A stretch of 64,000 nt of DNA, the filler included, from Jimgerdemannia flammicorona (Eukaryota): NCBI GenBank assembly GCA_003990765.1. It is 3 parts of 3 records of this genome, joined end to end, with 100 filler letters (N's around TTAATTAATTAA, not from the genome) between each part and the next. Parts side by side here need not be neighbours in the genome. Positions count along the whole stretch, not along the records: positions 21,481 to 42,850 come from RBNJ01001467.1; positions 42,951 to 64,000 come from RBNJ01001543.1; 1 more part is not named here. The stretch is one strand, 5' to 3'. The notes under the pieces are model-generated. The model was given only the letters and a program-made list of their open reading frames with translations. It made no database searches and had not been told where the DNA came from. This document shows positions 39,361-53,874 of the stretch, piece after piece (the stretch's first letter is position 1; the number at the start of each line of letters is the position of its first letter). The position numbers and the translations under genes were made by a program.

Positions 39361-41044
39361 TGAAATTGAGGACTGCTAACTATAAGGCTATACTACTTTG
39401 GGACTGGGTGCGATCAAGTGTCTATTCTCTATTTCCTTCTTCCAAATTTGGTTGTACCGTCACAATAAGTATATATATTACTACTCAGAATGAATTAAAT
39501 CAAATTAAATTTAATTTAAATAGTTTAAATCAAAATAAGAGTTAATTTAATTTGAATCAATTCAAATTGAGATATAATTTGATTTAATTCGAGTTTAATT
39601 TGATTTAAACAAATCAAATTAAATCACAATTTAATTTAAATTAAATTAAATTCAAAATTTGAAACTAAATATAATAATTAAAAATATATATAATATAACT
39701 TACAATAATATATATATACTCTCTTAAAGTAATTATATTAATTATATTACTACTATCTATTGTAATATAGTAAATATGTAACTGAGTAAATATGTCAGAT
39801 TTTTATATCTTAAAAACTTGATCTTCTTTAACTTTATAGAGTTCTCAGAATATAGGAGTGGGTAAGTTCAAAGTATATCTACTCACAGACTTACTAGTTC
39901 TCTTATTTCTTCTTTGCTTTGAAGTATTTCAATCTGAGGTTTATTTACTCTAGATACTGGAAATATTTATATAAGTTTACTAGCTATAAGATGGTTAAGT
40001 TATGACTATATTTCCTATGAATTACTTTTCACAAGTATTAATTTTTGATATCTATTAAATCTTTGATGATCATCAAGATTTAATATCTATAAAATCTCAA
40101 CATTTGTAAAAATATTAATATTTATCAAAACTTTAACATTTGTAAAATAACTGCTATTTATAAGACTATACTATATTTGAGAATTGGATTCAGATACTAT
40201 AATCAAATATCTATTCTTCAGATTTATATTACTAATTTAGATTAACTGTTATAACTTTCTCCTAAATAGATAATTTATCTCTGAAATATCTTATTCACTT
40301 GAACTCCCAAGCTTCCACCAATTGTATCTTTTTATATTATATGATTTATATCATTATATTCACCCAATAGTATCTCTAAAGTCTCCTGGAACTACTCTTT
40401 AGAAATAAGCTAAAGCTGGCTCATTATCTTTGAACAACTTGTTAATCTGTTTAGTGATAGTAATTTGAGTATAAGAGAGTTAACACTCTCTAATCCAATC
40501 TTCTTTTTCTATCTCTGGCTATAAGTTTAGTAACTGTTCTAACTTGAAGTATTCTTGAAACTCAGTCCAGTTCTAGTAGATCTTAAAATATGAAATTTAT
40601 GACAAGTATATCTGTACTATGCTCTGAATACTATCAAAGGATTTCTTTATTATAGGTGGCTCAGTAGTATACCATTGTCTTTTTATAACTTATTGTATAG
40701 TGCTAGTGATCTTGAGGACTGTGGCAGTACTCTATTAATTAATCATAATACTTCTTGAGTTAGTTTTGATAAATAGTAGTAGAGATGATTGTATCTGAGA
40801 GTTTTTATAGCCAAAAGGTGGTTTCTTTTATATATATCTTATATAAGATAAGGTTCTTTCTACTTAGGTTCTAGCCTTTGTAACTATGAAGCTTCTACTA
40901 TATTTCAATATACTAGAACTTTATCTTCTATCTTAATAATCTCCAGAGGCTTGTAAATCTTTTCCACATTATTCTATTATAATATCTATGCCTTGGTTAT
41001 ATAATTCTTGATCTTCTTTCTAATTTAGTATAGTCTCTATATCT

Positions 41045-42563
41045 TGTAACAGTGACCCCAGAATGATGACATCAGCACAGGAGACAGCCTTTCTTTACAA
41101 GCCACCAGATCAGAGTACAAGAAAATCATACAGCATATGAGATGAGCAATAATGACCAACTGTGAGTCATTGTGACCACAGCACAAGCATCCTGAAGAAT
41201 ATAAAAGAAGGATCAAGGAACTGTAGTAGCAGCAACCAACAAGAACCACTAATCCCAAAATAGCTCAAAGACTTACCACAAACAAAATGTCTGCTGCCCA
41301 TCAAACCTCAAGGTCAAGAAATCACCAAGGTATCTCAGTCAAGGAAAGGATGTTCCAAGACATCAGAAGAGCCATGAGGACCCACTTAAGAAGGACTCCT
41401 AGTATCAACCTGGATACTGCAGACCCTTATCACTTCATTCTCTATCACTGTGAAATGGAAACAAGGATCACTATTGCTACCAAATACCTCCAAATGTGGC
41501 AGGAGTATGAAATAGAAAACCTCCTCTGCCAGGAGTTCCCACAAGCCAGCACCCAAGAGCTATAAGATGCCACTCCCATAGATATATGTGAAACAAGGAC
41601 AGCTAAGAAGATCCATCAGATCTTCAGACATGCACTATGGTCGATCCCCAACTTGGAGTATGTTAGAGTCTCAGACTTCAGAGACCTATCATCCTGCCAT
41701 ATCAATGCACTAGAAGCCAGGGTGGCTACAGAAACTTGGTCCACTATCACCCTCAACAGTGAAGAAGTAGAAGACTTCTGGCACCCTATCCTTCAGGACA
41801 ACCCAGACCAATTCCTGCAAGGATTGATCTCAGTATTCTAAGGCCCAAGCATCCAGGTTAGACCTCCCGAAGACCCCACATTTGTTCCCTATTTTGTGGA
41901 AGAGAACCTCATAGACTGAAGAGCTCCAGATCTTGTTCCTGATTTTCCCGCCACAGCTGAATGTGATGACATCATCAGTAATGACGTCATTCCATGCAAC
42001 ATCAACATATGCAAGATACATAATAAAGTATGCAAAAATGACAAATTCACGGATCTCATCTCCTTCAGTGATGATGATGACAAGGATGAAGCTCCCATAG
42101 TCCTGAACTTTCTGCTCTAAGTTCTGTGTTATACTGGATAATGCCAGCACCGGTATTCTGAGGTGATACGAAATTGTTCCAGCACCAGTATTTTGATATG
42201 ACACTAAATAATGCCAGCATCCTGAACCTGTACAACCATCAGTACCAACTCTGGAACTTAGTAGTTTTAGTTATTGGAATTTATATTTAGCTTTATATCT
42301 TAGCAACAATTGAATTATATTTTGTATAAATACCCCTCTTATTTTCTCTGAAATAAAGTCAGTTCCTTTCAGTGCAATATATACACTTCCTTGCAAGCAA
42401 TCTAAGAGATAACAAGACAGTTAAAGATAAGAAGTTTGAGGACTATAAGACCTTGGGAAGGCACTCCAATAAGAACTTGCTTATAACAACTTGAGTTAGT
42501 CTAAGAGATACACCTTGAAGAAAATCTGGCGTATTTGAAGGACTCAGCAACCACTATGTGACA
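41045..42563 (+). mobile_element. Solo LTR of a third family (F), 1519 bp, carrying an ORF
   Basis: TGTAAC...GTGACA ends with a 4-bp TSD ATCT. TATAAATACCCC at ~42325 and AATAAA at ~42352. Host sequence resumes on the far side. Confidence 0.85.
41287..42120 (+). pseudogene. Accessory ORF-X homologue inside LTR F
   Basis: ORFs 41287-41565 and 41653-41841 share one frame, which can be extended to 42120 through C->T-type stops. Contains YEIENLL...TAKKIHQIF...IPNLEYVRVSDFRDLS. Confidence 0.65.
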
Positions 42564-42850
42564 ATCTCTATATTTATGTATTTCCATATAGCATAATTAT
42601 TGAATAATAGAGTTCCTTGAGAACTTTTTTCTCTGAACAGCATTTTCTGAGAGATAAAATGGGTACTTTGTGATCAAATATCTCAGAGAGTAGATAATAC
42701 TATTGACAGATAGTGATCTCTGTTTTCATAGTTATTACAGATCTTAGCAATAATATTCTTGAGTATTTTATTAGTTCTTTCTACTTATCTATTTCTCTAA
42801 GAGTAATAGGCTATAGTCTGAATATATCAGATTTTGTACTTCTTGTAGAA

Positions 42851-42950
42851 NNNNNNNNNNNNNNNNNNNNNNNNNNNNNNNNNNNNNNNNNNNNTTAATT
42901 AATTAANNNNNNNNNNNNNNNNNNNNNNNNNNNNNNNNNNNNNNNNNNNN
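42851..42950. other. Assembly gap with artificial linker
   Basis: N block with TTAATTAATTAA. Confidence 0.95.
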
Positions 42951-43500
42951 ATATTTATGTAGACTTTTATCAGAATCTTATAGTAGCATATGGTTTTTCT
43001 AATATATTTTGATTATAACTTACTTAACTTTCTTAATATAGTACTGCTTTTAGCCCTAAACTTTATAATATTGTAGCTTTAAGTATAGATCTAATACTGT
43101 TTAAAAAAGAGAATAAGTTTTGCAGAGAGTTTCTTTTTATTTAAAGGAACAACTGCTATGCTGATATATTAGTACTAATTGAGTATATAGTGATATCTGT
43201 TTTGGAGTAGTATTTTCTAAGCTTACTCAAAGCAATCTCTATAACATCTTTCTAATCTAGACTAAACCAGAATTTATTACTATTCTCTAGCCTATCCTTA
43301 AGCTTATTCTCTAGTTAATCAATTAAAAGATTATATACTAGTATTATAGAGCTTATTGTTAAAATAGTTTGTTTAACTATATTCTTTATATAATTATTAA
43401 AATACTAATAGTTAAGAATAATGAATTATTATATTATTATATAGAGATGGATAAAATAAATATAGAGTCAAAGCAATTATCACTTACTTTCAAAACTCTG
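42951..43500 (-). pseudogene. Decayed hAT-like transposase fragment
   Basis: Allowing one frameshift and a likely intron, the minus strand reads ALSKLRKYYSK..DITIYSIST / VLDLYLKLQYY. This resembles the hAT KLxKYY...A(T/V)xLDPxxKL motif. Confidence 0.55.
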
Positions 43501-43528
43501 ATAATATTCCTTAATATATCCTACTTAC

Positions 43529-46500
43529 TGTAAGTACATAACCTCCAAGCCACCAAAATTACATATCATCCTCAGAACTAATTTGGAAACTATATGTGAG
43601 ACTATAAAACAAGTTACTGAAGAGATCATCTGGTTATACAAAATACACCAGTAAGTACAAAAATCCACTACCAAGATACAAGAATACCAGAAGAAGTACT
43701 ATAATCATAAGACTGACTCTGAATCTCTATAACTAGTTTGGTATACTGTACTATTACAAAAGGAAACTGAAAGTACCAAAATCAAACCAAGACAAGAAGA
43801 ATTCTATCTCATCTATCAAAAGATTCATGAACTATACTTATTAACTCAAGACCAAGATACACTATGACTATATGAGACCTCATTATTTAGTAGAAGTAAA
43901 ACACATTTGAATAACTTCATTTACTCTATCTATGTTACCTTTATTGGAGAATAACAGATGCTTCATCTGAACTCAAGAAAGCTGACATTGTCAAAACCAA
44001 TCTCAAGCCATCTATATGACAGATATTACTACTAGAAATTGCCTCAGATTACAGAAAATATCATTTCCAAGAAGTTTGAACCCCCAGCTGCAATATTGGG
44101 AGCCCTTACCCTAGATAAGAATGGCCAGTCCTTGCAAATGTGCCAGTAGACCAAAAAAAAAGAGAACCAAGATCTATTATCTTTGTACAACCACTGCTAC
44201 CAAAGACTACCTTAATCTTACAAGAGATAGAAGTGATGACATCTTTGAAACTAATGATATCAGAAGTCAGAAAACTGCTCAGACTTTGCCAGTGATGATG
44301 TCATTAATAGTGATGTCATCAAAGACTAACCAGATAGTGTCTAAACCTATAAATAGCTTAGTAGTCATAGCATAGTTAGATTAGCCTTATATAATATGAT
44401 TGTGAACTGACTCAGCAGTCAGATGATCTCTTGACATATATATCAGATCACACTTATACTATATGACTGCATTTTGACTCAGTAAGGCACTAAGTGCTAT
44501 ATCTATATTCAGCATAGCCCAGACCTCAGAATCTCAGACTCAAACATTTCTGAACACTTTTTTATAATATCCCTTCATATAACTACTCCTAGTATAGTAA
44601 TATCATGAATAGTGAATAAACCTATTTAATAACTCACAAATCACTCTTAAGTAAATCTGTTCTCTATTACATCCCACTCTTAATTCCATTACAAAATTTC
44701 CTAATTGGATATTGTCTGCAGTGATATGCCAATTCAACTAAGCTGGTCTTAGTTTCTTGAACTTCCTGAAATATGGAAAATTCTGAACATCCAGAACTAG
44801 TCTGAAAAAGGACTTTGGTTGAGACATCAATCTGAACTTAAAATCAATAAGTATAGAGGATGTACTCCATATGAAATTGATCCTGACCTTAAGAAACAGT
44901 CTTCCAGAATATCCAGAACTTCTAGAAAACCCTTCCAGAACTACATAATGGTTATCCTAACAAATAACTATCTTACAACTTGGTAGCAGTGGTTTATAAT
45001 CCAATTCTGCTTTAAGACACTTCCTCACCCTACTACAAACCCCTTTGAGAATTCCTACAAGTTGGTATAAAGCCCAACCTCTGAACTGGAATTTAACCTA
45101 AACCATCTGATAATCTGGAGAGAATTGAATCTGATGTACAAGGACAATTTGACCTCCACATCTACAATAAGTGGGATAAACTTTATTCAAAGAAAGAAGT
45201 ACTCTGATTAAATCAGCAGATAGGTGAAACTCTATTTACCAAACTCCTTGCTCTATACCCTGTAAGTCAAGATAAAGAAGATCTTATAGAAGCCTTCTTT
45301 ACTCTTCTCAATAAGAGTTTTGTCAGCTTCACAAATCTGAGCAACCTAGGATAACCAACAGCAGTCTTTCTAGCCTTAGTTCCTCATAAAGCCCAAGCCT
45401 CTGTAGCCAAGTGGCTCAATCTACTGACTTTTACCATACTAGGACCAAGATCAAATTATACTACTGATTCTAAAACAGTAAGGTCTACTATATTCTTAAA
45501 GAAGAAGTAAGAGAAACTCTTCACCAACAACCTGATCCTGAACCTGAAGCAGACCCTGCTATAGCTCTACCTGAACCCAAAACCAACACTGAACCAGAAC
45601 TTGACTTTGAATTAAGTCCTTCCGAAATCAGATATACAATTGATTCTATCTACTTTGATACTGAGCAAACCCAATTATACAGAAATCAAACTGAAGAGGA
45701 GGAGGAGTATCTCAGTGAATTTGATCCTAGATATACCACAGAAGGAGACATACCTCCATTAAGACAGAATACACCTATATAGCAACAGACAGCTATCTAT
45801 TGAGCCCTTACTCCAGACCCATAACTACTACTCCAGCAACGTATACAGATCCAAAGAACACTCTCACACTCTACACCAGTACTACAAGTAGTACCAGTAA
45901 CATCACTACCAGCAGTCCAACCACCTCCAGCAAACAATATGGCAAACCAACAGATTCTAGACCTCATAGCCCAGGTAGCAATAATAGTAGCAACCATTAC
46001 TATCTTAGCTAAACAGACCTGATCTACCAAAAATCTGAGCCTACCCACCTTCAATGGTACTGCACAAGAAGTCCAAAGCTTTATTAGTATAGTTGATACC
46101 AACTTTAAAGCCAATCAATAGACCAATGAGTGAGTTGCTAACTGCCTTCTGATAAACAATCAAGACCATACTCTGGAACAACTCTTTGCTACTACTACAG
46201 CCTATGTCTGCCAAGTTGTTATATTCTTCCAAGGACCCACTGAAGAATGGTAGTGAATCCTTCCTGAAAAACCCCTCACATGGGATATCCAACCTGCAGT
46301 AATTGCCCCAAATGTAGCAAACAATACCCCAGAATATGGCACCCATCCTGTAGCCCCTGGACTGAAACAACTTATGATTGCTCAATACTACAGTAAAACC
46401 ATGATTGCTGAATCTCAAGTAAAACTCTGCAACCTCAAATTTGATATACATGGTAAGGAAGAATTTGAAACCTTCTGTACAAAACTCAAGTTACTCCTGA

Positions 46501-49500
46501 ACACCATTGGCCTAGGATATATTACCAATGATGAAGCATGAAATGGTACAAGAGTAGACCATCTATTCGATATACTACCTGAATAGCTTATAAGAAAAAT
46601 CCAAGAACAAGAATGTCTAGTTGATTGTGACCATCAATAATAGTGCCTGGCAAGAATCAAGACTATAGTCAAGTAAATCTTAACAATTGGACCAATTCTG
46701 CCCTAAAGACAATTCAACAACAAGGAAAAGACTTGGACCAAGAAAGAAGAATCCAAGCATGAAGCATCCCAAGCTCCCTCAACATCTACCTCATAGATAC
46801 CTAGAAATCATGAACCCACCCAGCTGAGTACCTTTAAGAAACTCACTAAAGGAGAAAGAAATGAACTTCGAAGAAGCAGAGCATGCTTCTATTGCCAAAA
46901 GACAGGACATATGACCAGTACCTACCCCAACTGAAAGCCCCAAACAGCAATATGAGCAACTGTTACTACTCTGTACCACCTCAATAACCTGACTACCAGA
47001 ACACTGGACTTTGTCAAGTTAAGACAAACTGCTAAGGCCCCAACCAAAGGAAGTCAAAAGACAGCTAAATATGACCTATATGCAGCCGAAGAAGCCACAG
47101 TTTCCAACCAAGAAGTCAAGCAAGTCTATACAGGAATCAGCATCCAAATCTCTAAAGGACATGTTGGAAGAATATACTGTCACAGTAGCCTAGCATTGAA
47201 AGGACTCTCAGTAGAAGGAGGAGTCATTGATGAAGATTATATAGGCAAAATTATTGTCCTCATCCAAAACCATAGTTGGACACCCTTCAAGATCTTCATT
47301 GGTTTCTGCATTGCCCAGATTCTATTTGAGAAAATTGAGTCAACTCTGATAGTCAAGGAAGTCTCTGAACTACTACTCACCATCTGAGGATCCAAAGGAT
47401 TTGGCTCATCAAACAAAGCCCTAGCCCAACCTACTATGAGTAAAGAAGAACAATTCTATAAGAAAATCAAAGATGGATATATACCAAGTGGCCAATGTCT
47501 CCATAGTATTGGAATGTACTCTTCTTGAATGATCGATGATTGCTTCTCTTATATCAATGAATTGGCTCAAAGAAGAACCAACAGAAGGAAAGCTCTTATA
47601 ACTGAAATCACTACCATTGGATCAGACAAACTGCTTATACTTCAAGCTTTTGTCAACTAAGCACTTGTTAAGATTATGATAGACAGTGGTGCCTCAGGTA
47701 ACTTCATTAATGAAGAAACAGCCAACAGACTCAAGGTCTTCATCTCTCCAGTATAACAAACTCAAGCAGTTGCCACAGCTGATAGAACCTCCTATGTCAT
47801 TAGCAAGGAAGTCTGCAATCTACTCTTCCAAATTGGTGACTACTGAGTACATGTTATCCTCCAGATCATACCACTTCCTGACAATGAAATCATCCTTAGA
47901 ACCCTATGATTAAAACAAGAAAACCCTATAATCAATTGGGTAAACCATTCTTTGATCATTAAGAAAGAATGCCACAACTTCAAACTGCAAGGTAAAAAGG
48001 ACCCACTCAGCTCTAGTAACCCTGGACCAAAGATCATCTACATCAATAAGCTATAGCTCAAAAAATTGGCCAAGAAATGTCCTCTCTTTGCCATCTCCAT
48101 CTGCCCATCCAAAGAAGAACCCAAGAACTCTGAAGAAGACTTTTCCAAAGTTGACAGCCACATTAGACCCCTACTCCAGAAATTCTGAGACATATTTCCA
48201 AAGAAACTTCTGAAAGATCTATCTCTCAAATAAGCAGTGGACCATACCATCAAGACTATTCCAGATGCTAAGCCAGTCTTCAAGTTAATCTACCACATGT
48301 CTCTAAGAGAAATTGATGCACTCAAGAAAGAAATTGATAAACTTCTAGAATAAGGATTCATCAGATCCAGTGTATTACCCTATAGTATACCAGTACTCTT
48401 TGTTGTAAAGAAAGGAGAAGACTTGCAAATGTATATTGATTACCATGACCTCAATGAACAGACCATCAAGAACTATTACCCACTACCCAGAATTAATGAA
48501 ATATTCAATAGACTTATCAACTCACAATTCATGAGTTCTTTTGACCTGCAAAATGGTTACTAGCAAATTGCTATGAAAGAAAAAGATATCTACAAGATAG
48601 CCTTCCAAACTTGCTATAGACACTTTGAGTTCTTGGTTATACCCTTTGGCTTAACTAATACTCTAGCAACCTTCCAGACTCTGATGAATACTATCCTGCA
48701 CCCATACCTGGACAAATTTGTTATTGTCTACATCAATAATATCTTAGTCTTCAGCAAAACCCTAGAGGAATATCTCGAATACCTTAAACTAGTACTACTG
48801 AAACTCTGAGAAAACTGACTCTTTGCAAAACTTAGCAAATGTGAATTTCTCCTGAAAGAAATTCAATTCCTTGGACATATTTTTATGCTTAATGGAATCA
48901 AAGTAGACCCTAGCAAAATCTCCACAATCAAGAATTGGCCCAGACTCAAGAAGCTGAAAGACCTCCAGTTATTCCTGAAATTAGCAAACTATTACAGATG
49001 ATTTGTTGCCAACTTCACCAAAATCACCACTGCTCTCATCTAAATAACCAAGCACAGTAAGAAAGAAGAATAGCCCTGGACCATGAAATAAGAAAAAGAC
49101 TTCAACAATCTTACAAATTGGAGACCTGAGCAAGATACTGCCTTTCAAGCACTGAAGGATACCTTGATAACTACTCTAGCATTTTAAGCAGTAAACCCTG
49201 TCCTACTATATGAGATTACTACTGATACCTCTGACCTAGCCCTTGGAGCAGTACTTATACAAGAAGGATACCCTGTGGCTATCACTCTCAGAAGTTCAAT
49301 GATGCTGAGATCAACTATACAACTTATGAGAAGAAAATGTTAGCCATTATAGACACTCTGATCAAATGGTGACCATACCTAGAAGGAGTACACTTTATCA
49401 TATTGACTGATCACAAGTCATTAGTCAACATCAAGACCTAGGCTACTCTTTCCTGAAAGCAAGCCAGATAGATGAAAGTCCTCACCAACTTTGACTATGA

Positions 49501-52500
49501 AATCCAGTATTACTCTGGTAAGGAAAATATTATTGCTGATATAATCTCCAGACCACCAATCAAAGAAGTTATCCAAATTCTCACCTTGGTTACAAATTCT
49601 ATCATGGAATAAATTATCACAACATATGCTGATAATAAAGAAGCTCAAGCACTCCAAGAAATTCTAAGTAGTGACAATACTGACAAGCATACTCAGTATC
49701 AGCAATACCAACTGAAGGATAATATAATCTACTACAAGGACAGATTGTATGTTTCAAATTACTGTGACCTCCAAAGGACTATTCTATTTGAATGTCATGA
49801 TGCCCCTATAGCTGGATATTTAGAATTTGACAAATACTATGAAGTTATCTCCTGAAACTTCTATTAGCCCTGTATGATAGATCAGCTAAAGACCTACATT
49901 ACTTCCTATGATGCCTGCTAATGGAACAAGTCCTCAATACTAGCAAAACCTGGTCTACTTCATCCCATCTCAGTACTATCTGCTAATTAGAAACAAATCT
50001 CCATGGACTTCATTATACAACTACCCCAGACCAAGAACAGGAAAGATACAATTATTGTCTTTGTAGACTATCTTAGTAAACAAGCCCACTTTGTACCAAC
50101 TACTACTACTATAACAGTACCATACATAGCCATACTCTTGTTTGACAACATCTTCTGCTATTATAGTCTTTCTAAGATCATTGTTAGTGACTGAGACCCA
50201 AAATTCACCAGCTATTTTTGGAAAGCCCTCCATATATACCTTGGAACCAAACTTGTACTATTCATAGTATTTCACCCTGAAACTAATGACCAAACTGAAA
50301 GAATGAACCAAACTCTGAAACAAATACTAAGGAACTATATTTCCTACAGACAAGATGATTAGTATGAACACCTCACCACAGTTGAGTTTACTTACAACAA
50401 TAGCAAGCAAGTCTCTCTTGGAATGACCCCATTCTTTGTCAATACTAGACAAAACCCAAACACTCCTCTGACACTTATCCAAACTACTGATGAACCCTCT
50501 ACAGTCAAAGCTGTTGAAGAATTCCTACTCTGAATGTACAATCTAGGCCAAATTGCAATTGAGAACTTATCATGAGCTCAAGAACAACAGTCACAGTATA
50601 TCAATCAATATCACTAAGAAGAGACTTTTGATATTGGAGAAAAAGTTCTACTGGATATCCAAGGATACTGAGTTGACAATCTCAAGTACAGACCATCTAT
50701 AAAACTGAAAAGTAAGTTTATTGGACCATTTGAAGTTATTGTATGAGTCTCTCCTACTTCCTACAAATTGGTACTACCAGATATCATTAGGATTCACTCA
50801 GTCTTTAATATCCAACATCTCAAGCAATACAATGAAAACAATGATGAACTATTCCCAAACTGAACCATAGAACCATCTGCACCTATCATTATTAATGACC
50901 AAGAAGAATATGAAGTTGAATAAATTCTCAAAAAATGTAGCAACAAGAACCACCCCAAGTATCTTGTCAAATAGAAAGGTTATCCAATCTATGATGAAAC
51001 ATGGGAACCCAAGATCAATCTCCAGAATGCCATCAACTTAGTTCAGAAATATGATTTCTTAAACAACTAAAACTGAATACCCAGTAACTATCAGTACATA
51101 CTATATATTATCCTCCTGAATATTATAATTATTACAAACAAAATCAAGAACTCAGTAAGTTAAGACAAAAGAATAACTGACCCTCTGGAAAAATAGCAAA
51201 ACTGAAAGTAAGCCTATTCTCCCTATACTACTGGTGGGAAATAAGGCATAGATATTTAAGAAGATTTCTTAGAAGAAATTCTCCAGCAGTGAATGATGTC
51301 AGAATCACTTCCAGTGCATGGCATTGAACACATGACCCTTTAATATATGAATCCAATATGTTAGGCAACTATATTATAAGTATATTACTTTCTGAAAATA
51401 TAGACTTCACAGGACTTTTAACCTCCCAAATGGTGTAATGATACTAGAACAAATTAGAAGGTCTCGATGAGGATGTCAAAAGCTAAGAAGGAGAGAGTTA
51501 TAAGCATATAATCTCTAAGCCACCAAAATTACATATCATCCTCAGAACTAATTTAGAAACCATATGCAAGACTACAAAACAAGTTACTGAAGAGATTATC
51601 TGGTTACACAAAATATGCCAGCAAGTACAAAAACCCACCACCAAGATACAAGAATATCAGAAGAAGTACTATAACTATAAGACTGACTCTGAATCTCTAT
51701 TACTAGTTTGGTGTACTGTACTATTATAAAAGAAAACCGAAAGTACTAAAATTAAACCAAGACAAGAAGAATTCTATCTCATTTATTAAAAGGTTCATGA
51801 ACTATACTTATCAACTCAAGACCAAGATACACTATGACTATATAAGACCTCATTACTTAGCAGAAGTAAAATACATTTGAACAACTCTGTTTGCTCTATC
51901 TGTATTACCTCTATTAGAGAATAATAGATGCTTTATACTCAAAAAAGCCAACATTGTTGAAACTAATCTCAAGCCATCTACGTGACAGATATTACTACTA
52001 GAAATTACCTTGGATTATAGAAAATATCATTTCTGAGAGGTTTGAACCCCCAGCTGTAACATTGAGAGCCCTTGCCCTAGATAAGAATGGCCAGTCCTTG
52101 CAAATGTACCAGCAGATCAAAAAAAAAGAGAACCAAGACCTGTTATTCTTGTACAACCACTACTAAAGACTGCCTTAATCTTGCAAGAGATAGAAGTGAT
52201 AATATCTTTGAAACTGATGATATCAGAAGTCAGAAAACTACTCAGACTTTACCAATGATGATGTCATCAATAGTGATATCATCAAAGACTAATCAGACAG
52301 TATCTAAACCTATAAATAGCTTAGCAGTCATAGCATAGTTAGATTAACCTTATACAATATAACTATGAACTGACTCAGCAGTCAGACAATCTCTTGATAT
52401 ATCAGATCACACTTATACTATATGACTACATTCTGACTCAGTAAGATACTAAGTACTATATCTATATTCAGCATAGCTCAGATAGCCCCTCACTAGTATA

Positions 52501-52973
52501 TATAAATACCCCCTCCCCCAGACCTCAGAATCTCAGACTTAAATACACAAGAACATTTCTGAACACTTTCTCATAATACTCCTTTATATAACTATTCCTA
52601 GTATAGCAATATCATAAATAGCAAATAAACCTATTTAATAACTCACAAATCATCTTAAGTAAATCCACTCTCTTTTAGATCTCACTCCTAACCCCATCAT
52701 GAAATTTCTTAATTGGGTATTGTCTGCAGCAATATGCCAATTTAACTAAGCTGGTCTTAGTTTCTTGAACTTTCTGAAATATGAAAAATCCTGAACATCC
52801 AGAACTAGTTCAAAAAAGGACTTTGGTTGAGACATCAATCTGAACTTAAAATCAATAAGCATAGAGGACATACTCCATATGAAATTGATCTTAATATTAA
52901 GAAAACAGTCTTCCAGAATATCCAGAACTTCTAGAAAATCCTTCCAGAACTACATAACAGTTACCCTAACAAA
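43529..52973 (+). mobile_element. Ty3/Gypsy chromovirus family A, copy D (alternative U3; 3' LTR lacks its last ~13 bp)
   Basis: LTRs 43529-44977 and 51499-52973, PBS at 44981, PPT at 51481-51498. Internal region is colinear with copies B and C. Confidence 0.92.
44726..51070 (+). pseudogene. gag-dUTPase-pol-chromodomain of copy D
   Basis: Same motifs as copies B and C (GGVIDEDYIGKI, IPFGLTN, MDFIIQLP, EEYEVE...WEPKINLQN). Confidence 0.88.
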
Positions 52974-53135
52974 TAATGCTCCAAACAAGTCAGTATAATT
53001 TGAATCTGATTTGAATCCAGTCACATGGAATTCAAATCAGATTCGAATCAATTCAAATCAATTCAAATCAAATTCAAATTGGATCCTAATTTGGAAAAAA
53101 TAATAATTAACCAAAACAATCAACATAAATTGCCT

Positions 53136-53427
53136 AATATATCCACGAATATTCATCCAAATTCAATAAAACAAAGTGTACTGTATTCGCCTGATTAAGG
53201 GCTTTCCAGCAGTATAGATTTCATTTAATCTGGACCAGTATTTGTGGAGAAATTCAACAAAACCTTTTACAGAATGTGGCTCAACTATGACCTATGGACA
53301 TTTTGTTAATTTCCTCCATGAATACTGGTCCAATTTCAATGAAACCTATATTGCTAGAAAGCCCCTAATCAGGCGAATACCGCACACTTTGTTTCATTGA
53401 ATTTGGATGAATATTCATAGAGATATT
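53136..53427. mobile_element. Foldback/MITE, ~290 bp imperfect inverted repeat
   Basis: Arms ~53136-53264 and ~53300-53427 are reverse complements (e.g. GAATATTCATCCAAATTCAAT / ATTGAATTTGGATGAATATTC). Confidence 0.8.
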
Positions 53428-53874
53428 ATTCTTTTTGTCTAAGATTTATATGATATGAATTCAGTAGATTGGAATTTGGGGGTTTGCTAGAGCGGCAACA
53501 GTCACAGACCCAAGTGGCTGGCACAAGTGGCCAGATACACATGACTCAAGTTGCACCAGCTCGTAAGGCATATGAACTTAGAACTGTTCAATAGCCACAG
53601 CCTGCAGCCACAGTGCCAAGGTGGCACAGAAATATTTTTCTCTCTTTCTCAATCATTTCTTTTGTTTACTCAGACTTTGCCTCATACTATACTCTTTATA
53701 ATAAGGACTCTCAGCTGTTTGCTACAGTGCCAAGATAGTACAGAAATCTTCAACCTCTTTTCTCAATTATTTTTTTTATTTTCTTACTTACTTAGACTGT
53801 GCTCCACATTGTATATAAGGACTCTTAGTTGTTTATAATAAACTGCAAACTTGAAATCTTTTTCACTTCATTCA

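Larger units (their letters stand above)
32732..39464 (-). mobile_element. Ty3/Gypsy family E, complete element with dUTPase and an extra 3' ORF
   Basis: LTRs 32732-33197 (466 bp) and 38942-39464 (523 bp) with TG...CA ends and a 4-bp TSD ATAA. PBS TGGTGCCCATTGG and PPT TTCAGGAGGAAGT. Confidence 0.93.
39761..42850 (-). mobile_element. Heavily decayed relative of family E (G): 3' LTR, ORF-X and integrase end; truncated by gap
   Basis: LTR 39761-~40253 resembles the family E LTR. Internal sequence is colinear with 33200-34270 and is interrupted by solo LTR F. Confidence 0.8.

Noticed and set aside
42951..43528. Possible missing N-terminal half of the Fanzor on the far side of the nested insertions
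   Set aside because: No TnpB motifs; the minus strand instead resembles a hAT transposase.
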